Below are positions 40,080-50,900 of a stretch of 64,000 nt of DNA, in pieces; positions within the stretch are counted from its first letter, which is position 1; each line of letters starts with the position of its first letter. Origin of the DNA: Haliotis rufescens. Its lineage: Eukaryota. The notes beneath the pieces are model-generated. The model saw only the letters and a program-made list of their open reading frames with translations. It searched no databases and was not told where the DNA came from. A program made the translations under genes and the position numbers. Where the stretch lies: NCBI RefSeq assembly GCF_023055435.1, contig NW_025963802.1, forward strand, positions 26,412,001 through 26,476,000, in the 5' to 3' direction.

Positions 40080-41399
40080 CATGTATTCAGCCTCTCTGTT
40101 CTAATTTCAGATTAGGTGCTTTAGCTTGCTAAGAAGAGAAAAGTCTGGTCAATTGATAACCCTACATCCATGGTGTGGTCACAAGGGCAGGATCTTCTCT
40201 CATGGAATAAGGCCAGCGGAGCCGAGTGGGCTCGATAGCTCGATATCCCTGTAAAGACAGTGTATCTCTGTGAATCAGCATCATCTATACCAGCCATTGA
40301 AATAAATACTTTGAGCACTGATTAGTATGAAAATGTAATGTAATGACAAAGACAAGACAGTGATTGGATTACATGATTCATTAATTCTCTTCCGTTCAAC
40401 ATATGGAAACTCAGCTTGACACAATATTTTACCCTGGCATGAATCTAGTCAATAGTCTTCTGTTTCTACAGAATGTAGGTGTGGCACCTAAACAAAGTGT
40501 TTATTCACTTACACATGGCAGTGTTTTAGATTTACAAACAATTTAAACTGATACATGATATCAGCGAGGGATTACAGAAACATGGCATAAAGAAAAATAG
40601 ATTGAAAAGTGAAAATGTCTGCATTTTACTTTGTCTATGCCCAAACAGAGGAACAGTCCAACCGACATGAACACAGTTAACATCCACCTATTCATAAAAA
40701 AACCTTTTGAGCGCTCTATTCAAAACAAAATACAGCACACAGGGGATACAATATGTGTGACTGTCTGTGTTTTATTCATGCATTTTTAACCCTAAATAAC
40801 AATCAGTCCCAAGCAGGCACGCACACTGATGAATGAATGCCAAATGTGACATAAGGGAGACAACTCTTAACAGAACAGTATTCTGTCAACCATGGAATCA
40901 AGATATATAAAATCAGAAATTGACTGATTTTTTTCAAGAAAGAGTTTAAATTTCATTCCACCTTGAAAAAAACCCATGAGAAGCAATAACAAATTAATTT
41001 ATATGAATACAATGGCTACTTAAACACATAATAATTTCTTCAGAATTTTGGGAATATATATGTTAATATTAAAACAAACAGCATCAACATTTTGAAATAT
41101 CTTCTTATCCAAAAGAAGATATCTTTCTTTTTGGTAACATTTACATGGAATTAAATTTTAACAAAATAGTAAGAAGTAGATCATAACATTGCAACACCTC
41201 TTGTAGAACTGTGTACCAACACTCACAGGTGTGGCCGTTGCACATTAAAACAACCCACTGTAACCACAGCACCAATGAATGTCACAGGACCAAGGTCTCT
41301 TTCCGAACAAACATGTCTACATATGAGTCTAAAACCTATGTCATATCAATGAATCTTACACTAAAACTACCCCTGGTTAGAACATGTCTTCAGCAATCC

Positions 41400-41565
41400 A
41401 TGCATGCCATAAGAGGCGACTAACGGGATCAGGTAGTCAGCTTTGATGACTTGGTTGATGAGTCAATCACTGGATTGTCTGGTACAGACACAATTATCTA
41501 CAGACCGCTGTCAAATAGCTCGAACATTGACGGATGCTACGTTAAACAAAAACCTAACAAACAAT
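41400..41565 (+). mobile_element. Partial SINE copy
   Basis: AAGAGGCGACTAACGGGATC..GACTTGGTTGA..CACTGGATTGTCTGG..ACAGACCGC; reverse-complement homologue of 44608-44812, with an AAC-rich tail. Confidence 0.7.
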
Positions 41566-44500
41566 ATCATACCCAAGAGAGCTGCTGTGAGACCCACAAC
41601 GCAACCTTCTCGGCAGACAGTCCATGGAAGGGGTATGTATTTAGATGCTGCAGCCAAATGTTGATGTTTTTTTATTATGGAGATGTAAGCCATTTAATCA
41701 GAGACCTGGCCTGTTTCAAGACATTTGGCAGTGACAACATTTTTTAACATTCATGAGTGCAGTTACATTTATTTTAGGGCTAAGGTGCGCTCATTAAGAC
41801 GTTGGGTGCCGTTGGGTGCTGATGCGCCAGAGAGTGCTAGCGAGTGCCTCCGAATATTTCCCAATGAATGAAACACATGCTGTGTGCGCTTTGTAGCGCC
41901 GCCGTGCATACTGAGGAAGAGGTACGCCGAGGGACAAAAATGGCCGACTTGCACAAATGCGGGGCCTGTGAACATTACATTTTCGACATGGAAGAACTTG
42001 TTAGACATACATGCACTTAATGGTGAAGTTAAATACTTTCACATTAGTGATAACATTTATTGGAAGACTTGTCACTTGTTAAACCAAATAAAACCCAATT
42101 GTTTTAGCTGCATTTAGAAAGCCCTAACAACACTGGGTATTTTTCCTTGTTTGTGAACAAGATAGATGTATAATAATATTTGGTATGAAGTTTTTTATCC
42201 TAATAACACTCATATGATTTCTTTTTGTAATATATTATGAAGTGATATAAACCTTCATTTGTTGAAACTCAAAGAAAACATAAATTCATATATTTTCATA
42301 GGTGTTTGTCTTTTCTTAAATAAATCTAAAACATTGTGATTTGTTGGTTTATTTGTTTGTTGTCCGCCGTTGTAGAAAACCACAATCATGGTTGACGCAA
42401 ACAATATACCAGTTCATGTGAATGATATTGCACGAGTTATTTGTAACTCTATGAATAATGAATTATTTTTATGTGATTTATGAGGCAATATATGATATGT
42501 CTTACCCGACATATTTAATTTATTCCCCTTAATAACTGTCCATAATATACTGAAATTAAATAAATATGAATATTAACATCAAACCATTATGTTAGTGGGT
42601 AAATGAAAAATCTGGAATTCAATTTTAAGAAATAAGATTTTATTTGGGTTCTTAAATCCACACCGTCGTATATAAAGACTGAGGGCTTCAATACAGGTTT
42701 TCTGATAGGCCTAATCATTTCAATTTCGCCCCCATTTCAGCAAATCTGGTGATTAATTTATTTTTATTACCCACCCATACACACGTTATGTACAAACAGT
42801 AATTCAAGAGTATATTATTTCATTATTTATTAATAGTATGGAATAGTTAATAAATTACGTTCGACCCATTTCAAGAGTATATGTAGTAAGACGGAATTTG
42901 ATTTTTTTTAATTCAATAGCAATTTTCTGTATGATTTAAGAACAGTATGGCATCCAAACTTTAGTGGAATTTCCGAAATCAAATAGAGAACCATATGGAT
43001 ATTTGATTTTAGGATTTCCAAAATACTCGGAACATTTTCAAGGTCGTGAATTCTACCACATCACTGATGTATTGATTGCTAAGGGAACAAGATATTTTGT
43101 GAAGTCAAATACGATACATGATCACTGTTCAGTGGAAAGTTAACTTGTGGACAAGATATAAGAAATACAAGATAGTTTATCATTTCTTTATTATAAACAA
43201 TAATACTTTACATAGACAATGTTCAACAATATTACTAAAATCAGACTGCAACGACATTTTGAAAACCGCTAAGAAAGCACCACGGCCTTTTGAACGCAGG
43301 CCTGGTTACTTGTTGCTCCTGCCACTTATTTGACCTATTGTATTGTATTGCCTTTTTGATTGGAAACCTAAAACTGTGAGTTTCAGTATTATTTACTGAT
43401 CAGTCATTGATCATTTACTGACTACACTATTTAGTTCTGTACATACTGTTGTCTGGGTTAACCTTTGTGTTTCAATTTGTTTCACCTCATCACAACATTT
43501 TCAACAAAACTTGCTGGAGTATGCTACCAATAACGTCTTCACCTGTTGCTTCACCAGTCTGCTTGAAATCAAGTTTCCACTGCAACCACTTGTCAAAACC
43601 TAGTCAGTCTATCCAGATAATGAAATATGGTGGCAGGCGAGTGTGGTGGCGTCCGAGTTATGCTGTTCAAATTTTTTGCCTACTTCGATAAGTACTGTAT
43701 TGGGCAGCATTTTCACCATGGTGACAACTTCTTTCGTGCTGCAAAGGTTGAATCAAGGTCAAAGTTCACAATTTCACAAAAAAACAGAAGATGTGTGGTT
43801 GGCCCCATTTAACTTAACATATGTCAAACTTCAATACCATTTGAAAAGAGATGCCAAAATAATGGCCATTATTGGGTTTGTGTCATCAGTTGTGAAGGTC
43901 TTCAGAAGATCATGAAGTTGGCCCAATATCTCTGGGAACTAACAAGTTTATTAAGTGCCTACTCTTTCTGTAAGCATCAATAATTCAAATATTTGTAAAT
44001 AATGTCAGGACATCCAAAACAAGATACTGCTTCTCAATGGTCAGTATGGGGGACAAGATTATATACCTGAAAAGATCAAAAGAAAATATTTTCAAATAGG
44101 TTCACGAAAACTCAATTTTCAACTTTAAACCCCATTATGGTGTCGCCCACATAAAGTACCAGAACATTTAAGGCATAATGAAACATCTAGTTTCCATCAT
44201 AAGGTGCTGAGAGGTGCCATATACACCACATACACAGAAGAGATGATGTGCAGAACAGGTTTACACTGACAATGTTAGCGATCGTGGATCACTTAAATCT
44301 CACATATCGGGCACGCAGTGAAACATGCATACAGAATTGTCCCCCAATTACTGCTATGTGCCCAAGCTGTCCACTGCAGCCACTAGAGGAGGCCATTCAA
44401 TGATTCATGAAAGCACTTCCTTGATGTGCAAACTTCAGGTATGCTAAACCGTGGTAACATCATCCGGTGTTGGAGTATCATCTTTCCTAATAACATCCAT

Positions 44501-44607
44501 GGTTGCCTTCTAACAACAACGACCAAATGCTGTCTGTTTTGCACAGAAGAAATTCACCAAGAACATGTGAAAGAACTACACAGTTAAAAATTACTTAATC
44601 AGCCCCC

Positions 44608-44812
44608 GGTTGTTGGTTGGCTTGTTGTTTAATGCTGCACTCAGCAATATTCCAGCTATATGACGGCGGTCTGTAAATAATCGAGTCTGGACCAGACAAT
44701 CCAGTGTATCATATCATGAGCATCTACCCACGCATTTGGGATACAATGACATGCATCAACCAAGTCAGCGAGTCTGACCACCAGATCCTGTTAGTCGTCT
44801 CTTACGACAAGC
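44608..44812 (-). mobile_element. 5'-truncated SINE with a GCTGGAATATTGCTGAG tail ending in (AACC)n
   Basis: Homologous to 41400-41565; its 3' tail is similar to that of the SINE at 63193-63367. Confidence 0.72.
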
Positions 44813-45324
44813 ACACCCCCTGGTGTTGCAACAATATCTGTACAACAACAAGGTATCATTCAAGTCAAGAATGAGCTTTGGTGGGGAATTAAATGTCTTG
44901 TGTAAGTTGAGACTTCAATGAAAACACAGAGAAAGATGGAAATGTTTCATGTTATAATTGCAGTAATAACACAGTTGTGATAGTACTGTAATTGAGCAAA
45001 ATTGATAACCACAAAAACTATGGGCCTAAGAGGTTCCATGATCAGGTATGATCAACCATTACTGTCAAACACATTTATTGTTATCTCACAAAGATAATCA
45101 CAATTATGAAAATGAGTAGCGAGTGTAACCGCCGTGTTCCTGGATGACAGATTCTACCCTACGATGAAGAAGTCACTGCTGCCACTCTGAAGCTGACACA
45201 TTCTGTGAGTGAGTGAATATTTATCGTCACATCGGCAATATTTCAGTCATGAAAAGAAGTTATACATTAAGAATACATATATTTAGATTAAATAAAAACC
45301 TGTCATCAATGGACAATAAAGTAA

Positions 45325-46810
45325 CTAGAAATATTGATACCACCTGTTGTTTATTAAAGATAGCATTTTTCACAAATGTTTCCAGTCTAACCAAGAGGTC
45401 AATAGTACTTCTTTTTTTCTAAAACCACATTGAATATTTGTTAAAAGATTACTGGTTTCTAAATACCATATAAGTCTGCTATTTACCATTCTTTCCACGG
45501 TCTTGCAAATTCAGCTGGCAAGTGATATTGGTCTATAATTAGAAGGATCAGTATGATCCTGGCCAGGTTTTGGTATTGGAATTATGACAGCATTTCGCCA
45601 TGATGAAGGGAAATTCCCCGTTGTCCAGATATTATCAAACATACCGGTAGTTAACCTATGTCTCTAAACAGGAATCAGGTAAATGTTTAAGTAATTGATG
45701 ATGGATATTATTAGAACCTGTAGAAGCATCACGAGCTTGCCCAGAGGCGGTATGCAGCTCATGGTTGGAAAAGATTTCATCATAATCCTCACTATCAATT
45801 TTTCTGTTTTTTTAACTTTACAGTTTGGGGTATAATTTGATGAGGATGAATGTTTAGCTAAAGTTTCTCCCAATTTATTTGCTATATCAGATTTAGCAGT
45901 TGATAATGTACGTGTCACAATCCTTAAGATGGTGAACACCAGATTTAGAACCTTAACATTAATCCTTTGCACCATATTCCCAACCTTAGACATAGGTGTT
46001 CTGAAATCTACACAGTTTCGCCAAGATTGGTGTTTATTTTGTTTAAACATACGACAAGCTTTTGCATTTAAATTTTTAAAGTTATGACAGTTGGGTAGTG
46101 GCAAAAATATTTTTCTGCTTTTTTCCCTGGCTTGTTTACAATCAGTGTTGAACCATGGATTACGAACATGTGGATCAGTAGAAGATTTGGGAAAAAATTC
46201 ATCAGTAATTCCGTTTATAACTTCAGAAAAAAGCTGAATAGGACCAGCAACATTACTGAAACAATCAGGATTTATTTTGTTTGTGCATAATGTTTGAAAT
46301 AAAGGCCAGTTTGCCTTTGTAAAATTCCATCTTGTTGAAGGTGAGGTGAAATGGGGTTTAACGTCGCGTCCAAGATTATTGCACTTACATAGTGACGTGC
46401 ATGCACGTGTGTGTGTGGCTGCTTGTACTAGTCTGGACTGATGCCGATTTATAGTGCTAGCACACTGAGATACCACACCACAGTTTAACATGAATACCCC
46501 ACTCAGACACAGTATACTGACTCCAAGCCGAACAGTCCTTTTTTAGGCCCTTAATGCCGAGCGCCAGACTGGGTAACAACAAGTACCATCTTTAAACGTC
46601 TTTTGGTATGACGCGGCCGGGGATCGAACCCCGGACCTTCCGCTCTCCGGGCGGACGCTCTACTACTAGACCACGGAGGCGGTCCATCTTGTTGAAGGTG
46701 GAATATCAGATGGATTTATTGTTTTAATAATAGTTGAGAAATGGTCATTTCTACAAAGGTCATTGTGGACTGATCATTCAAATACATTGAGAAGGTTAGA
46801 ATCAGTTAGT
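45325..46810 (-). pseudogene. I-group (Nimb/I-like) LINE ORF2 relic, downstream part (end of endonuclease to start of RT)
   Basis: RWNFTKANW, NPWFNTDC, FPSSWRNAVIIPIPKPGQDHTDPSNYRPISL, RSTIDLLVRLETF; frameshifted; interrupted by a SINE at 46344-46683. Confidence 0.85.
46344..46683 (-). mobile_element. tRNA-derived SINE with a Meta-domain-like core, inserted in the LINE
   Basis: A box TGGTCTAGTAG, B box GGTTCGATCCC, core GTCATACCAAAAGAC..GATGGTAC. 17-bp TSD CCATCTTGTTGAAGGTG at 46327-46343 and 46684-46700. A second copy lies at about 56411-56764. Confidence 0.9.
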
Positions 46811-47755
46811 TATCATGGGATAACATTTATACTAAGTTATCTTATAATAATTAGATCTACATCAAGTGCTTTTATGAGTTATCATGGTGTAATATTTATA
46901 CATCATTTCATATAATTATAGTTTAAGTAATAAATATCATTAGGAAAAATGCATATATAAAATATCAGTAGTTTCAGTTAAAGCTTTTTTTAGATGGTTG
47001 CTAGCCTAAGGTAATGGGAGCGCATCTTCTAGACATACTATTCAATAAGACAAGAGTTACGTCTACATAGTTTAATTGATTTGAAGCTTTTAGATAAATG
47101 CTAGCCTAAGGTATCAAGATCCCATCTCCCAGACAAAGGATATTTATTTAAGTATATCTGTCATCACCTACCGGGGTATATTAGAATAACATTATTTCAA
47201 TTAAGACTCATTAAGGATTAGCCCCCATACAAGCTCATCTATAGTGCATTAAGGATTAGCCCCCATACAAGCTCGTCTATAGGGCATTAAGGATTAGCCC
47301 CCACACAAGCTCATCTATAGTGACACCCTAATCTCTTTCAAAGCATCCAGTAAATATGTCAACAAGATTAGTGCCAGTCCAACAGGATAAACAGGATTTA
47401 GTATTCCCCTCTGTCTAGCCATCCATTTAGCTTAGGACACAACCAATCGCGTATCAACCAATCACATTCCTTTCTATTGTTTAAATTTTTGTTAAATACA
47501 TACTGTAGGCAGGTTTTAGGCAGAGAAGGGGTTTGACCAACTTACCAAGCAGACCTCTCTCCCACAGCCCAGAGTGTTGTACCGACTCTCTGTGGCACCC
47601 TCAGTTATTATCTAAGTATATTGTAAATTGTTAATTGTTCTTGTAAATAAAATTGTGATTAGTCTCCTGTGACTCTGGCTCTTTGCTGACTAATTCCCCA
47701 AGAAAACCAGCACGTCATTTGGAAGGTATTGTTCACCCAGAACAGTTCCATGATA
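46811..47755 (+). repeat. 5' LTR (945 bp) containing three 38-bp tandem repeats at about 47209-47322
   Basis: Direct repeat of 54369-55313; CATTAAGGATTAGCCCCCA occurs three times; CCAATC motifs near 47444 and 47458; AATAAA near 47646. Confidence 0.95.
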
Positions 47756-47984
47756 ATTTGGCGGAGAATCATCGTTTTCGGAACCACAGAGTCCAGGAAC
47801 TAACTACGACCAGCTACAAGAACCCATTGGAGGACATGCCCAACCGTGATCATCTGATGGAATAACAAGCAAGCTGCATCTACCTCTGACCTCAACACTG
47901 GATTAAAGACAACCAACTCCTCCAAAGACACCAACAAAGGAAGAAAAAGTCTTCAAATATTGTAAGTAATACATTGTTGAATAC

Positions 47985-50900
47985 TTGTCATCCTTTAATT
48001 TAGTACAGTACATACTAATAGGTGTCATGGCAAATATGGAGTCTGGAATGGAAAGTAACTTTGAAAGTGAAATTCCAACAGTGTCTTTAGTTACGCCCCT
48101 TGCCAACAGTGTAATTCAGGCAAAATTTGGCACAAAAACAACAAATTGTTTAGTAGATACAGGGGCATCCATTTCTTGTATTTCGTCTGCTTTTCTTAGC
48201 ACAGCTTTTGAAAACCTTACTCTTGGAAACTCACCCTTTCCACAGGTTAAAGGTGTTGGCGGCGAATTGCATAAAGTGTTAGGTTCAGTTGTGTTAGATT
48301 TTGTCATTGAGGATCAGGAATTTTCTCAAAGATTCCACATTCTGCCTACACTTCCAGAGGCAGTGATACTAGGTGAAAACTTCCTTGATGACAATGATGC
48401 AGTCTTAGATTATAGCTGTCATTCCTTGATACTTAACAACAGCACCTCAGACAGGCAATATATCAATTTCATAGCCAATTCAGTACAAGAGATTAGTGGA
48501 TTAGCAAAAACAATAGATCAGATTTACATCCCCCCTCAGAGTGAAATTCATTTCAAGGTTAGACTATCAGAGACCAAAGAGGACTCTCTCATCCTCATTG
48601 AACCCATTGCTTCCCTCACTGCTCATTCTGAAGTAGCAGGTGGTAGAACTCTTTCCAAAGTGAAAAGCAAAACTGCTACATTTAGGCTTATGAATCCCTC
48701 CCAAGAAGAAAAGGTTCTTGACAAGGGTACAGTTGTAGGCAAATTTAGTTACATAGAACAGGGCTCTGTTTATGAAATCGACTCTGACCAACCATTCATC
48801 AGTACCGTTCACACCACTGAGAAGAGAGCCAATGACACCAGGGATTACGTTAAAATTGCACAAGAATTAGGATTTGATTTGACCAATACACAACTGACTC
48901 CAGACCAACGACACAGACTACTTAGATTTTTGGGACAAAATAGAAACATGTTTTCAACGAGTCTTGCAGATTTAGGTAAGACTGACATGCACCAACATAT
49001 CATTGACACTGGCAACCACCAACCCGTTAAGAGTAGACCATATCGTCAATCTCCTCATCTCCAAAAAGTCACTGAAGAACTTATAGATGATTTTCTGAAG
49101 TATGATTTGATCGAGGAATCTACTTCTATGTATTCAGCTCCAATTATCCTAGTCAAAAAACGCGATGGCTCATATAGATTTGTTTGTGACTACAGAAAGT
49201 TGAATTCTGTCACTTTACCAATGTCTTGGCCTCTTCCTGTTTTTGATGATGTTATTGATAACATCGCAAATGCACATGCTAAGATCTTCTCAACTTTAGA
49301 CCTTGCTAATGGCTTCTTCCAAGTGCCATTACATGAAGATTCAAAGCATAAAACTGCTTTCGTCACCCATCAAGGCCTTTATCAATTCAAACGATTGCCC
49401 CAAGGTTTGACTAATTCTCCACTTTGTTTTCAACAGCTCATGAGCAAAGTGCTACGAAAATTGCTTTTTAAGGTTGCGCTGATATACATTGATGATTTGA
49501 TAATTTACAGCCAAAACTTTGAAGAGCATCTCCAACATTTGGAGCAAGTATTTTACTATCTGAAACAGGCAAAATTAACACTAAAGCCATCCAAATGCAA
49601 TTTTGCAACGGACAAAGTTTCTTTTCTGGGTCATGTTTTATCATGTGGAGGTGTTCAAGTTGATGACAAAAAGATTGAAGCAATTAGAACCTTTCCAGTG
49701 CCCAAGTCACAAAAGCAGATTCGCTCCTTCTTAGGTCTCACGAACTTCTACAGGAAGTATGTGAAAAATTACGCTCACATAGCGCTACCACTGAATGCCT
49801 TGCTAAAGAAGCATTCGGAGGCAGAACTAGGAAAGAAACCAAAGTTCCAATGGTCACTTGAGTGTGATCAGGCATTCAACACACTCAAACATGCTATGAG
49901 TAATACACCTGTTCTGGCGTATCCAAATTTTGACAAAGAATTTCTTCTTGCAACTGATGCCAGTGATATGAGCATAGGTTTTGTTTTGAGTCAAAAAGAC
50001 GAGAAAAATAATGAACATCCAATAGCTTTTGGTGGTAGAGCTCTTCATGGCAGCGAAAAGAACTGGAGCATTACAGAAAAGGAAGGCTTAGCTCTAGTTG
50101 AAGCCATTAGATCCTTTCGTCCATACCTTGCAAATTCCAAATTCACAGTCTACACTGATCATATAGCATTGAAGTGGCTGAAATCCATCAAGGATGCCAC
50201 AGGTAGGTTAGGACGATGGTCTTTGGAACTTTCTACCTACACTTTTGACATTGTTCACCGCAGCGGCAAAGCCAATGGGAATGCTGATGCTCTGTCACGT
50301 AGGGAATATGAGGAAAATATTAACTGTAATGATCAGACAGAAGAAGATGCTGAGAAAACAGTCTTCTCAGTAACTTCAACTCAGCAAAGCAAATCAACTA
50401 GCAATACAATCTTGCCAAACACCCATTCATCCACACAGGTCACACAGACAACTCAGACTGAGGATATTTGCACACCTATTGTCAATCACTTAGAATCAGA
50501 CACACAGAAAACACATTGGTCAGCCACCTTTGAATATGAAGAGGATTATCAGTCAGTACCAGTTAATGTTGTCGCAGCATTACATGCTTCAAATGCTGAT
50601 GTTACCCAAGACACATTGGTTGAAGTAAGTATAAAAGAACATCCAAATTTACGTCACCTACAAAGGATTTGTCCAGATTTCATCCAAATCTTTGACTACA
50701 AAGAGGATGAAGTCCTTCCACAAAATGAAAAGGATCGTCAAAAGATTCTTATTGAAGCCAATACTTTTGAAATTGATGAAGGCATCCTATACCGATTTGT
50801 TCCACAAAGACAGAAAGGCCACGCAGACAAGTTCATTAAACAGCTGGCAGTCCCAAGAACCCTCAGAAATCAAGTCCTGCAATCCTATCATGACTCAGAG

